Shown here one piece after another: positions 49,981 through 59,723 of a stretch of DNA of 64,000 nt. A program made the position numbers and the translations under genes. The notes under the pieces are model-generated. The model made no database searches, had not been told where the DNA came from, and was given only the letters and a program-made list of their open reading frames with translations. Where the stretch lies: positions 24,429-88,428 of the forward strand of contig DYYG01000063.1 of the NCBI GenBank assembly GCA_020741775.1, given 5' to 3'. The DNA is from Methylorubrum populi (GTDB lineage Bacteria > Pseudomonadota > Alphaproteobacteria > Rhizobiales > Beijerinckiaceae). Position 1 is the stretch's first letter, and each line of letters opens with the position of its first letter.

Positions 49981-51402
49981 ATGCCGATCAACGTCCTGAT
50001 GCCCGCCCTTTCGCCGACGATGGAGAAGGGCAACCTCGCCAAGTGGCTCAAAAAAGAGGGCGAAGCGATCAAGTCCGGCGACGTGATCGCCGAGATCGAG
50101 ACCGACAAGGCGACCATGGAGGTCGAGGCGGTCGATGAGGGCGTGCTGGCCAAGATCCTGGTGGCCGAGGGCACGGCGGACGTGCCGGTCAACGAGCTGA
50201 TCGCGTTGATCGCGGAAGAGGGCGAGGATCCGGCGAGCGTCCAGGCGCAGAAGGCCGGCGGCGAGGCGAAGACCGCCCCCGTCGAGCCCAAGGGCACGCC
50301 CGATCAGAACGCCGCGCCGGATGGCAGCCACGCCTCTTACGCCCGGGTCGATCAGGCGCCGGAAGGGGCCAAGCCGAACGGGACGACACCAGCCGCCGCC
50401 TCCGAAGCCGGAGGCCGTGTCTTCGCCTCGCCGCTCGCCCGCCGCATCGCCAAGCAGGAGGGGCTCGATCTCTCCGCCGTGAAGGGCTCGGGCCCGCATG
50501 GCCGGGTGATCCAGCGCGACGTGCAGGATGCGCTGGCCAACGGGACGGGCAAGGGGACGGCCAAGGGAGCGGAAAAGGCTGCCGCCGCGCCGGCTCCGGC
50601 GGAGAAGCCGGCCGCCGCGCCGGCGCCGAAGGCCGCTTCGGCGGGCGGAGCACCGGCCGGCCTCAGCCTGGAACAGGTCAAGGGCTTCTACGAGAAGGGT
50701 GCCTACGAGGAGGTCTCCCTCGACGGCATGCGCAAGACCATCGCCAAGCGCCTCACCGAGGCGATGCAGGTCGCCCCGCACTTCTACCTCACCGTCGATT
50801 GCGAACTCGATGCGCTGATGAAGCTGCGCGAGACGCTGAATGCCGCCGCCGGCAAGGACAAGGACGGCAAGCCGCTGTTCAAGCTCTCGGTCAACGACTT
50901 CGTCATCAAGGCGATGGGCCTCGCCCTGACCCGGGTGCCGGCAGCCAATGCCGTCTGGGCGGAGGACCGGATCCTGCGCTTCAAGCATGCCGAGGTCGGT
51001 GTGGCGGTGGCCATCGACGGCGGCCTGTTCACTCCCGTCATCCGCCGGGCCGACGAGAAGACGCTCTCCACCATCTCCAACGAGATGAAGGACTTCGCCG
51101 GCCGGGCGCGGGCCAAGAAGCTGAAGCCGGAAGAATACCAGGGCGGCGTCACCTCGGTGTCGAATCTCGGCATGTTCGGCATCAAGCACTTCACCGCCGT
51201 GATCAACCCGCCGCAATCGACCATCCTCGCGGTCGGCGCCGGCGAGAAGCGGATCGTCGTCCGGGACGGGCAGCCGGCGGTGGCGCAGGTGATGACCTGC
51301 ACCCTCTCCTGCGATCACCGCGTCCTCGACGGCGCCCTCGGCGCCGAGCTGATCGCGGCCTTCAAGGGGCTGATCGAGAACCCGATGGGGATGCTGGTTT
51401 AA
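49981..51402 (+). CDS. pdhC: Dihydrolipoamide acetyltransferase (PDH E2)
   Basis: Lipoyl ETDKA, ASPLARRIA E3-binding domain, LSCDHRVLDGA. Confidence 0.96.
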   Translation: MPINVLMPALSPTMEKGNLAKWLKKEGEAIKSGDVIAEIETDKATMEVEAVDEGVLAKILVAEGTADVPVNELIALIAEEGEDPASVQAQKAGGEAKTAPVEPKGTPDQNAAPDGSHASYARVDQAPEGAKPNGTTPAAASEAGGRVFASPLARRIAKQEGLDLSAVKGSGPHGRVIQRDVQDALANGTGKGTAKGAEKAAAAPAPAEKPAAAPAPKAASAGGAPAGLSLEQVKGFYEKGAYEEVSLDGMRKTIAKRLTEAMQVAPHFYLTVDCELDALMKLRETLNAAAGKDKDGKPLFKLSVNDFVIKAMGLALTRVPAANAVWAEDRILRFKHAEVGVAVAIDGGLFTPVIRRADEKTLSTISNEMKDFAGRARAKKLKPEEYQGGVTSVSNLGMFGIKHFTAVINPPQSTILAVGAGEKRIVVRDGQPAVAQVMTCTLSCDHRVLDGALGAELIAAFKGLIENPMGMLV

Positions 51403-51431
51403 GCGTCGTGGCCGAGAGCCCGGAGAGCTGA

Positions 51432-52871
51432 ATGTCCGAAACCTACGACATCCTCATCATCGGCGCCGGACCTGGCGGCTACGTCACCGCGATCCGCGCG
51501 GCGCAGCTCGGGTTCAAGACGGCGGTGGTCGATCGCGAGCATCTCGGCGGCATCTGCCTCAATTGGGGCTGCATCCCGACCAAGGCGCTGCTGCGCTCCG
51601 CCGAGATCTACCACTACATGCAGCACGCCGCCGATTACGGGCTCTCCGCCAAGGAGGTCAGCTTCGACGCGGCGGCCATCGTCAAGCGCTCTCGGGGCGT
51701 CTCGGGCCGGCTCAACGGCGGCGTCGGCATGCTGCTCAAGAAGAACAAGGTCGACGTGATCTGGGGCGAGGCCACGATCGATGCGGCTGCCAAGGGCAAC
51801 GAGCCCGGCAAGGTGACGGTCAAGGAGACCAAGCGGGCCGAGGCGCCGAAGGGCGCCAAGGGCGCGGGCACCTATCAGGCCAAGCACATCGTCGTCGCTA
51901 CCGGCGCCCGGCCGCGGGTGCTGCCTGGCATCGAGCCCGACAAGAAGCTGATCTGGACCTATTACGAGGCCATGGTCCCCGAGGCGATGCCCAAGAGCCT
52001 GCTGGTGATGGGCTCGGGGGCGATCGGCATCGAGTTCGCCTCGTTCTACCGCACCATGGGCGCCGAGGTGACGGTGATCGAGTTGCTGCCGCAGATCTTG
52101 CCCGTCGAGGATGCGGAGATCGCCGGCCTCGCCCGCAAGCGTTTCGAGAAGCAGGGCATCAAGATCCTCACCGGCGCCAAGGTGACGAAGGTCGAGAAGG
52201 GCGCCGACTCCGTCACCGCCACGGTGGAGGACGACAAGGGCAAGACGCAGACCTTCACCGCCGAGAAGCTGATCTCCGCCGTCGGCGTCGTCGGCAATAT
52301 CGAGAATCTGGGCCTCGAAAAGCTCGGGGTCGCGATCGAGCGCGGCGTCGTCGTCAATGACGGGCTCGGCCGCACCAACGTGCCCGGCATCTACGCCATC
52401 GGCGACGTGGCCGGGCCGCCGATGCTCGCCCACAAGGCCGAGCACGAGGGCGTGATCTGCGTCGAGACCATCAAGGGGCTGCACACCCACCCGATGGACA
52501 AGGGCAAGATCCCCGGCTGCACCTATTGCCACCCGCAGATCGCCAGCGTCGGTCTGACCGAGGCGAAGGCGAAGGATCTCGGCTTCTCGATCAAGGTCGG
52601 CCGCTTCCCCTTCGCGGGCAACGGCAAGGCGATCGCACTGGGCGAGCCGGACGGCCTCATCAAGACGATCTTCGATGCCAAGACCGGCCAATTGCTCGGC
52701 GCCCACATGATCGGCGCGGAGGTGACCGAGCTGATCCAGGGCTATGTCGTCGCCATGAACCTAGAGACGACCGAGGAAGAGCTGATGCACACGGTCTTCC
52801 CGCATCCGACGCTCTCCGAGATGATGCACGAGAGCGTGCTGGATGCTTACGGCCGAGTGATCCACACCTAA
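51432..52871 (+). CDS. lpdA: Dihydrolipoamide dehydrogenase
   Basis: GAGPGGY, GGICLNWGCIPTK, GSGAIGIEFA, MLAHKAEHEG, HPTLSE. Confidence 0.97.
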   Translation: MSETYDILIIGAGPGGYVTAIRAAQLGFKTAVVDREHLGGICLNWGCIPTKALLRSAEIYHYMQHAADYGLSAKEVSFDAAAIVKRSRGVSGRLNGGVGMLLKKNKVDVIWGEATIDAAAKGNEPGKVTVKETKRAEAPKGAKGAGTYQAKHIVVATGARPRVLPGIEPDKKLIWTYYEAMVPEAMPKSLLVMGSGAIGIEFASFYRTMGAEVTVIELLPQILPVEDAEIAGLARKRFEKQGIKILTGAKVTKVEKGADSVTATVEDDKGKTQTFTAEKLISAVGVVGNIENLGLEKLGVAIERGVVVNDGLGRTNVPGIYAIGDVAGPPMLAHKAEHEGVICVETIKGLHTHPMDKGKIPGCTYCHPQIASVGLTEAKAKDLGFSIKVGRFPFAGNGKAIALGEPDGLIKTIFDAKTGQLLGAHMIGAEVTELIQGYVVAMNLETTEEELMHTVFPHPTLSEMMHESVLDAYGRVIHT

Positions 52872-52933
52872 TCGCGTCAAAAGAAAAACGGAAAAACCCG
52901 ACAAGATACCATCAGGTCGGATAGGATTTCAGC

Positions 52934-52970
52934 GCATCGTCCTGAGACGTACGATCAGGACGATGCTTTT
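52934..52970 (+). terminator. Terminator of the pdh operon
   Basis: gcatcgtcctga / tcaggacgatgc 12-bp stem followed by tttt. Confidence 0.8.
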
Positions 52971-53341
52971 CTTTGTCCCAGCACCTTGCCGACAACGGGG
53001 CTGGACTGCAGATAGTCCTAGATCGTCTGACAGGCCGCTTCAATCAGAGCAGCGCCATGTCGGACATTAGCCAAAGCCTGGTGAGGATGGGTGCTCGGAG
53101 CGGAGAGAACGCCTCCACCTAACCTGACGCGATCAGGCCCAACGCTCTGACCCGGGTGGCGCGTCCAGGCCCCCTCTGCGGCGTTGCGCGGGCCGGCCAT
53201 CATTGCCCAGAACTTCGCGGGGCATGATGTCTCCGCAGAGGTAGCACGACCGCCGCAGCGATGTGCTGTGGTTGAATGTTTTATATACGTGGCTGTGAAA
53301 GGTCCGGCGCTCGTCCGCTCTGGACGCAGGGCCCCACCGTC

Positions 53342-53494
53342 ATGATCTTTCGAGCTCTGCTGCTGCTCACCGGGCTATCCGGCCTGTATGTCGCGCTCTC
53401 CAGCCTGCATGTGCATCTCTACGTCACTTGGCTGATGCTCTTCATCGTCGCCGGTCCCCTGAGCTACCTGATCTTCCGTGAGGAAGCCGAGTAA
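53342..53494 (+). CDS. Possible 50-aa two-helix membrane protein
   Basis: MIFRALLLLTGLSGLYVALSSLHVHLYVTWLMLFIVAGPLSYLIFREEAE; no clear RBS. Confidence 0.45.
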   Translation: MIFRALLLLTGLSGLYVALSSLHVHLYVTWLMLFIVAGPLSYLIFREEAE

Positions 53495-53728
53495 CCCAGC
53501 CGCTTCCGGCAATGGCTGAGGCTGCAGATGTGAGAACGGTGGGGGAGGGGCTGGCCTCTCAGCCCAAGTCACATCGATGCAGCGCAGGCTGTGTTCGAGC
53601 CGTGCCCGACCGCGTTGCAATCGGGCACGGCTCTAGGCCCTTGTTGTGACGCTCTTTCTACCGCCGAACCGGTGTCCACTTCGGCGGAAAGCGCTCTAGC
53701 CTGCACTGCATCGGGTTCGGCCGTGGTC

Positions 53729-54241
53729 TCAGCGAGGACCGCCGCCGCGACGCATCGCGATCTCTTGGCCTTCCTGATTGACCGCACCGGACGGCGGGTT
53801 CCGCTCGTTGGGAACCGGGTTCATCCCCTCGTGGGCCGTGCGAGAGGCCGGGCGATCAGCGGCGGGGTCACCTGCGGCGCGCTTCAGGGCGAGGGCCCGC
53901 CGGGCGCCGGACACCGTCCGGCCGCGGGCATCGGCGGTCCGGCGGCGTTCATGCTCCTTGCTGACCCGCTTCACGGCGGCGGCGAGCAGGGCGGCTTTCT
54001 CGCGGGTGCCGCTGTTGTCGCTGGCCGGGCTCGATCCGGAGGGGGCGGCCTTGCCACGCACCTCCCGGCGCTGCCGGCGAGAGACGTCGCGGGCGCGGTC
54101 GCGGCGCTCGCGCAGCAGGCGGATCAACTCCGGCAGGGCCTTGGCGTCTTCCCGGTCGAGTTCAGGATGATGCGATCGCTTCACCAGCTCGGTCTCGCCG
54201 GCGTCCAGAAGCCGCTGCTCGCGGCGTCGCGATACGGACAT
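53729..54241 (-). CDS. Arg-rich basic hypothetical protein
   Basis: GGGAG RBS, helical LIRLLRERRDRARD...LLAAAVKRVSKE core, EcfG-like motif upstream. Confidence 0.7.
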   Translation of the reverse strand: MSVSRRREQRLLDAGETELVKRSHHPELDREDAKALPELIRLLRERRDRARDVSRRQRREVRGKAAPSGSSPASDNSGTREKAALLAAAVKRVSKEHERRRTADARGRTVSGARRALALKRAAGDPAADRPASRTAHEGMNPVPNERNPPSGAVNQEGQEIAMRRGGGPR

Positions 54242-54340
54242 GATCTCTCCCGTGACAGTCTCGGTGCAGGTGTGAGGCAGCCCGAGGGACGGTCGCGCCG
54301 AATGGACGCGCCGCCGTTCCGACAGACCGCCTCAAGGGCC

Positions 54341-54365
54341 AACGACTGTGGACCGGGATCGTTGC
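54341..54365 (-). promoter_or_regulatory. EcfG-like promoter
   Basis: Minus strand GCAAC-N16-CGTT, intergenic, 100 bp upstream of ATG 54241. Confidence 0.55.
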
Positions 54366-54392
54366 CTGCTTCGGAGCAGACCCGCAGTTGCT

Positions 54393-55103
54393 CTACGGGC
54401 TCGTCAATCGGCGCGCCGACCTGATGCCGGGTAAGGCCATCAACGCCAGCAGACCCGCGGCAACGAGCAACAGGGTATTGCCGAGCAGGCGCCATGCCAC
54501 CACGCCAACCACACCGCCGGCGAGGAAGGCGGCGACCGTCACTCCGTAAAGCTGCATCTTACCCGCATCCGGCCCCGGATGAACGCCGCCGCGCCGTGCC
54601 AGCAGATGGGCAAGCCCGATCCCAAGATCGGTCACCATGCCGGTCACATGGGTGGTCCGCACACGGGCATCGGTGATCTGCGTCACGGTCGCATTCTGCA
54701 GGCCGAGCAGGAAGCTGAGGCCCAGAACGAGAATCGCGCCATGTATGGCCGGCGGCAGCCAGGCTCCCAGCAGGCCCAGGCCGGCCAGCAGAACCGCCTC
54801 CGCGAGCACGCTGTAGGCGTAGATGCCGCGCAGCCGGCGATGGCGGCCGGCGCTGATGAGCAGGGTCGCGCACAGAGCACCGGCCATGAACGTGAACACC
54901 AGCGCCAGGGCCTGGATGGCCAGAGCCAGTTCGCCGAGGCCGAGATGATCGGCCAGCGCCGAGACATTCCCGGTCATGTTCGAAGAGAAACTGCCGAAGG
55001 CGCAGAAGCCGGCGGCATTCAAGGCGCCCGCAATTCCCGCGAAAGACCATGCGAGGCGCCGGTCGATGCGCAGGCTGCGGGTGTGACCTTCGTGAACGAG
55101 CAT
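54393..55103 (-). CDS. YoaK/DUF1275-family membrane protein
   Basis: LAWSFAGIAGALNAAGF...FSSNMTGN...GLQNA...RVRTTHVTGMVTDLG. Confidence 0.9.
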   Translation of the reverse strand: MLVHEGHTRSLRIDRRLAWSFAGIAGALNAAGFCAFGSFSSNMTGNVSALADHLGLGELALAIQALALVFTFMAGALCATLLISAGRHRRLRGIYAYSVLAEAVLLAGLGLLGAWLPPAIHGAILVLGLSFLLGLQNATVTQITDARVRTTHVTGMVTDLGIGLAHLLARRGGVHPGPDAGKMQLYGVTVAAFLAGGVVGVVAWRLLGNTLLLVAAGLLALMALPGIRSARRLTSP

Positions 55104-55325
55104 CGGTGTGAGATATCGTCGGCCGTGGGGAGGGACGCGTTGCGGCCATTCTACATGCCGCGCGCCCGATGCCATCGCCCGCCCTTACCTCATGTGTGTC
55201 GACGATGGCTCGAGGACGCGTGACGCGTCGCCCATCCTGTCACCGCTCCTTCTCAATCAGGTGGCGCTTCTGAGAGCCGGGTTCGTGCTGGCCGCCATCC
55301 CCAAGCATGGTGGGGCGCGCCGTCT

Positions 55326-55350
55326 GCAACCGTCGCCCCGTGCCGACGTT
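55326..55350 (+). promoter_or_regulatory. EcfG-like promoter
   Basis: GCAAC-N16-CGTT, 46 bp upstream of ATG 55397. Confidence 0.6.
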
Positions 55351-55396
55351 TGCCCTTCATCCAGGCCATCCGCGTTCGCGAAGGAAGACACAGGCT

Positions 55397-55891
55397 ATGA
55401 CGCGTCCGGTACGAACGGCCCTCACGAGCCTCCTCGCCATCGCGGCAGCCTTCGCCTCCGGGTCTGTCTCGGCGCAGAGCGTAGCCGGCACCGGCCTTCC
55501 CTCCGGCTTCACTGCGCCTGGTCTCCCCTTCAACACCACAACGAGTGTGGCGACCGTCGCCAGCCCGAACCCGGTCATGGCCATCGCCAATCCCGGCGGG
55601 CTCAGCTTCGGCGGCTCCTCGGGCGTGCCCGGCATCGGATCCCCTGCGCTGACGTCTTCGACCTCGGGCAATGCGGGCGGGCTGCGTCTCGGTGGCGGCA
55701 CCGCCATCGGTGCAGGGGCCGGGGTCGCCTCGGCCGGAACCCTCGCGCAGCGACAGTTCAATGATGTGACTGGCGGCACGGGCGGCGGGGGAGGGGGCGC
55801 CCCGGCCGGAGCCGGCATCTCCGGTGCGGGCCTGTCTCGCAGCCCGACGGACGCCTATTTCGACCCGCTCGCCGGCTCCGGCCTGCGCTGA
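55397..55891 (+). CDS. Secreted Gly/Ser/Ala-rich low-complexity protein
   Basis: Signal peptide ending in VSA; mature part Gly/Ser/Thr/Ala-rich, ending in DAYFDPLAGSGLR. Confidence 0.65.
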   Translation: MTRPVRTALTSLLAIAAAFASGSVSAQSVAGTGLPSGFTAPGLPFNTTTSVATVASPNPVMAIANPGGLSFGGSSGVPGIGSPALTSSTSGNAGGLRLGGGTAIGAGAGVASAGTLAQRQFNDVTGGTGGGGGGAPAGAGISGAGLSRSPTDAYFDPLAGSGLR

Positions 55892-55944
55892 AACCGCCCC
55901 GCGCGCCGGCATGGCCGGATGTCCACAGGCTCGACCGAAGCCGG

Positions 55945-55959
55945 TAAGGTCTCGTTAAC
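55945..55959. promoter_or_regulatory. CtrA-type box
   Basis: TAA-ggtctcg-TTAAC, matching the rhizobial TAA-N7-TTAAC form. Confidence 0.6.
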
Positions 55960-56008
55960 CATTTCGGTATGTTCTATCTTCGTTCTCATGCCGAGTCGGA
56001 GAGAGACC

Positions 56009-56317
56009 ATGCGCAAGCCTCAAGCCTCGTTCCAGACGACTGAGCGGAATCGAGGCTCGCTCCCGCCCTCCGCGGCATCCCAGGTTTCGTCCGCTTCCGC
56101 ATCAGCCGCAGGTTCGCCTCATGATGGTTCGGTGTCCTGCCCGGTGGAGGATATCGCCCAGGCCTATCTGCTCAGCACGCAGGGTGATGCCGGGATCGCC
56201 CTGCGTTGTGCCATCACCGATGCACTTTCAGACCTGATGGAAGCGGAGCGCCGGGCTCGCGAGAACAGCCGCCTCATCTCGCGCGGCTTCATCCGCAGCC
56301 TTTCACCGCACGGGTAA
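56009..56317 (+). CDS. Small hypothetical protein
   Basis: GGAGAG RBS; Ser-rich N-terminus then helical VEDIAQAYLLSTQGDAGIALRCAITDALSDLMEAERR...ISRGFIR. Confidence 0.65.
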   Translation: MRKPQASFQTTERNRGSLPPSAASQVSSASASAAGSPHDGSVSCPVEDIAQAYLLSTQGDAGIALRCAITDALSDLMEAERRARENSRLISRGFIRSLSPHG

Positions 56318-56398
56318 GGACCGCTCTCGTCAGAGGCGGTGCTTGAAGCGTGGCGCGGCAGGAGCATTTTCTCCTTCGCCCCAGCCGGAATCGCTCCC

Positions 56399-56977
56399 AT
56401 GCGCCTGTGCCTGTCCCTCCTCGCCACGTGTCTCGTTCTGGCAGCCGCGCCGCTACCGGCGCGGGCCGACCTTCTCATCGCCGTCGACAAGGACGCCCAA
56501 CGCATGAGCGTCGCGGTCGATGGGCAGGTCCGCTACACGTGGCCAGTCTCGACCGGAGTCGCCGGACACGATACGCCGAACGGCAGCTATCGCCCGTTCC
56601 GGATGGAGAAGACCCATTTCTCCCGGGAATGGGACAATGCGCCGATGCCGCACGCGATCTTCTTCACCCAGGTCGGCCACGCGATCCACGGTACCACCCA
56701 TACCCGGCGGCTCGGTCATGCCGCCTCGCATGGCTGCGTCCGCCTCTCGCAGCGCAATGCCGCGACGCTGTTCACCCTGGTGAAGCAGCAGACCATGGCG
56801 AGGACGCGGGTGGTGGTCGAGGGCAGCGGCGAGGCCGGTGAGGGCGTCGTCGCCGTACGCTCGCGGGGCCGGGCCTGGGACGAGCAGGAATTCTACGACG
56901 CGCCGCCCCGGCGCCGGTATCGCGACAGGTTCGACGGCGAGTACGGGTCCGGAATCGGCTACGGCGATCTGTATTGA
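56399..56977 (+). CDS. ErfK/YbiS/YcfS/YnhG-family L,D-transpeptidase
   Basis: Signal peptide, WPVSTG, TPNGSY, MPHAIFF...HAIHG...ASHGCVRL. Confidence 0.92.
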   Translation: MRLCLSLLATCLVLAAAPLPARADLLIAVDKDAQRMSVAVDGQVRYTWPVSTGVAGHDTPNGSYRPFRMEKTHFSREWDNAPMPHAIFFTQVGHAIHGTTHTRRLGHAASHGCVRLSQRNAATLFTLVKQQTMARTRVVVEGSGEAGEGVVAVRSRGRAWDEQEFYDAPPRRRYRDRFDGEYGSGIGYGDLY

Positions 56978-57040
56978 CGGTCGGATCGCCTCACGAAACG
57001 CCCGGCTGCGGCGGCGCGGCGGGCGTCTCCGGAGAGACGA

Positions 57041-58387
57041 TCAATTCGACGCCGTGCCGCCGCTCACCCGCCAGACCGCGTTGCCGACATCGTCGGTGAC
57101 CAGCAGCGCGCCGCCCTTGTCGATGGCGAGGCCGACCGGCCGTCCCTGCGCCTTCTCATCCTGGTTGAGGAAGCCGGTGAGGGCATCACGGGGAACGCCG
57201 ACAGGCTTTCCCTCGGCGAACGGCACGTAGATCACCTTGTAGCCGCTCTTCGGACGGCGGTTCCACGAGCCGTGCTGGGCGACGAACAGCCCGCTCTTCC
57301 AGGCCTCCGGCAGACTCGACGCCATCGAGAAGGCGATACCGAGGGAGGCCGTATGGGTGCCGACCGCGTAATCCGGCGCGATGGCCGTCGCCACCTTCTC
57401 CGGCTGCGGCGGCTTCACCCGCGCGTCGACATGCTGGCCCCAATAGCTCCACGGCCAGCCGTAGAACGCGCCTTCCGTCACATGGGTGATGTAATCCGGC
57501 ACGAGATCGCTACCGATCTCGTCGCGCTCATTCACTGCCGTCCAGAGCGCACCGCTCACCGGCTCGAAGGCGAGGCCGTTGGGATTGCGCAGGCCGGTGG
57601 CGAATTCCCGCATCGCCTTGCTGGCGATATCGTATTCCCAGATCGCGGCGCGGCCCTTCTCGATGTCGAGGCCATTCTCGCCGACATTGCTGTTCGAGCC
57701 GACCGTGATGAACAGCTTGCGGCCGTCCAGGCTGGCGATGACGTTCTTGGTCCAGTGGTGGTTGATGCCGGCGGGAAGGTCCACGACCTTCTCCGGGCGC
57801 GCCGTGATCTCTGTCTGCCCCTCCGTGTAGGGCACGCGCACCAGCGCGTCGGCATTGGCCACGTAGAGGTCGGAGCCGACCAACGCCATGCCGAAGGGGG
57901 AGGTGAGGCCCTTCAGAAAGACGTGGCGCTCCTCCGCCACGCCATCGCCGTCCCTGTCGCGCAGGAGCACGATGCGATTGGCGCTCTCGCCGCCGGCACC
58001 GGCGAGGCCCTTCACCTTGTCGGCGACCCAGTCGGTGATGCCGGTCGAGGTGTCACCGGATTTCGGCGCTTGGCTCTCCGCGACCAGAACGTCGCCGTTA
58101 GGCAGGACGATGGGCCAGCGCGGATGGTCGAGCCCGGTGGCGAAGGCGGTGACCGTCAGCCCCTCCGCCGCCCGCGGCATCGCTCCCGCCGGCCAGCGCG
58201 CCACGCGGGCGATGTTGACGGTCGGCATCAGCGTCGGATTCGGCGGCGGCAGGGTCGGGCTCGCGCCGCTGCTCTGCGCGATGTCGAGCGCGGCGGATTC
58301 GGGATAGACGACGAAGCGCAGGAAGGCCGCGCCTCCCACGAGCACGACGGCGAGGGCGGCGCGGCCCAGCTTGGAAGACCTGCGCAT
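57041..58387 (-). CDS. PQQ-dependent sugar (L-sorbosone) dehydrogenase family beta-propeller
   Basis: [57 protein letters not shown]; GAGG RBS before 58387. Confidence 0.9.
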   Translation of the reverse strand: MRRSSKLGRAALAVVLVGGAAFLRFVVYPESAALDIAQSSGASPTLPPPNPTLMPTVNIARVARWPAGAMPRAAEGLTVTAFATGLDHPRWPIVLPNGDVLVAESQAPKSGDTSTGITDWVADKVKGLAGAGGESANRIVLLRDRDGDGVAEERHVFLKGLTSPFGMALVGSDLYVANADALVRVPYTEGQTEITARPEKVVDLPAGINHHWTKNVIASLDGRKLFITVGSNSNVGENGLDIEKGRAAIWEYDIASKAMREFATGLRNPNGLAFEPVSGALWTAVNERDEIGSDLVPDYITHVTEGAFYGWPWSYWGQHVDARVKPPQPEKVATAIAPDYAVGTHTASLGIAFSMASSLPEAWKSGLFVAQHGSWNRRPKSGYKVIYVPFAEGKPVGVPRDALTGFLNQDEKAQGRPVGLAIDKGGALLVTDDVGNAVWRVSGGTASN

Positions 58388-58413
58388 CGGCATCCTCATC
58401 TCGAACGGGCGGA

Positions 58414-58647
58414 TCAAGCGGCCGGGGCGGCGACGGCCTGAGCGGCGCTCTCCTCGGCACCGGGATGGCGGCGCGACGAGTAGTAGAGGCCGATGGCGTT
58501 CCAGAACGCGTCCCGCTGCTCATGCGTGAACCGGAGCAAAGCCGTCTCAAGCGCGGCGCGGCCGGCCGCGGCGGCCTCCGCGCGCATCCGCTCGTCGAAG
58601 GCGTCGGAAGGCTCCGCGCTCGGCTTCGCAAGAGACTGATCCGACAT
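58414..58647 (-). CDS. 77-aa hypothetical protein
   Basis: [10 protein letters not shown]...[26 protein letters not shown]..., lying between an EcfG-like motif and the dehydrogenase. Confidence 0.6.
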   Translation of the reverse strand: MSDQSLAKPSAEPSDAFDERMRAEAAAAGRAALETALLRFTHEQRDAFWNAIGLYYSSRRHPGAEESAAQAVAAPAA

Positions 58648-58683
58648 GCGCTGGCACTCCGCTCGCAAGGCCCCAGCGACAGC

Positions 58684-58708
58684 AACGCCCAAGCTCCCTT
58701 TCCGTTCA
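58684..58708 (-). promoter_or_regulatory. EcfG-like promoter
   Basis: Minus strand TGAAC-N16-CGTT, 37 bp upstream of ATG 58647. Confidence 0.5.
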
Positions 58709-58856
58709 ACGCCGCCGTCGCGGAGCCGCTTGGCGGGCGCGTGTGCGAAAAGACACACCGCACCAGATTCGAGACCGAGGCTTAACAGTTCCTTTGCTCC
58801 TGTGGTCCGAATGGTCCAGCTTGGCCATCCAGCGTCGTCAGCCTTCAGGAGCCTGC

Positions 58857-59594
58857 ATGCGAGCCGACCGGACTTTTCGCCTTTTCTGTCTCTTCGGACT
58901 GGCGCTGGCCGGTTCGGGCCTCGGCGGATGCGGATTGTTCCGGCCTCAGACGGAGTTGACCACCGGCTCGATCGCGACGCCCGCCAAAGTCGTGCAGGCA
59001 CCGACCGCCGCCGACAAGGAATGCCTCGCCCGGGCGATGTATTTCGAGTCGAACCGCACTGACGAAGAGGGCCTTCTCGCCGTCGGCACGGTGGTGATGA
59101 ACCGCCTCGATGCGCCCGCTTATCCGGGCCGGATCTGCGAGGTGGTCGGCCAGAAGCGGCAATTCGCCACCGGCGTGCTGACCAAGCCGGTGCGGGAGCA
59201 GGACCGGCCGCGGCTCGAAAAGGTCGCCGACGCGCTTCTGTCGGGCCAACGCCATGAGGGGGTCGGCCCGGCCCTGCACTTCCACACCGCCGGCTACAGC
59301 TTCCCCTACAAGAACATGCACTACGTGGCCGCGGCGGGCGGCAACGTGTTCTACGAGAAGAGCGATCGTGAAGGGTATCTGCCGGCGGTGCAGCCGCGCG
59401 CGGTGGTGCAGACGGCCTCCGGCCGGCTGATGCCGCTTCAGGTCGTCGCCGCCAATACCGGCATGATCGGCCTGCCGCTGACGGGCCGCGTCCAGCCGAC
59501 GCTGACGGCCGAATACACCGCGCCGACCGCGCCGGACCTGCGGATCCCCGGCCCGGCCCGCTACGCCTCGGCCCCCGGCCGCGACCAGCGCTGA
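58857..59594 (+). CDS. SleB-family cell wall hydrolase, probable lipoprotein
   Basis: AGGAG RBS, lipobox LGGC, CLARAMYFES, AVGTVVMNR..P.YP..ICEVV.QKRQF, GGNVFY. Confidence 0.88.
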   Translation: MRADRTFRLFCLFGLALAGSGLGGCGLFRPQTELTTGSIATPAKVVQAPTAADKECLARAMYFESNRTDEEGLLAVGTVVMNRLDAPAYPGRICEVVGQKRQFATGVLTKPVREQDRPRLEKVADALLSGQRHEGVGPALHFHTAGYSFPYKNMHYVAAAGGNVFYEKSDREGYLPAVQPRAVVQTASGRLMPLQVVAANTGMIGLPLTGRVQPTLTAEYTAPTAPDLRIPGPARYASAPGRDQR

Positions 59595-59723
59595 TCCGCG
59601 CGGGGCGAGTTACGGCCGGGGCGGGTTGTCGCCCCCGGCCTATGCGCAGACGGCCCAAGGCCTTAAGTCAGGGACGGGTCGGGCTTCCCCTCCGGCTTTC
59701 CCGGTGTCGAACTGCGCAGTCTC

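Noticed and set aside
53000-53240. Short minus-strand ORFs after the pdh terminator (MPREVLGNDG..., 53018-53203)
   Set aside because: Short, in different frames, with no recognisable motif; cannot be supported without a search.
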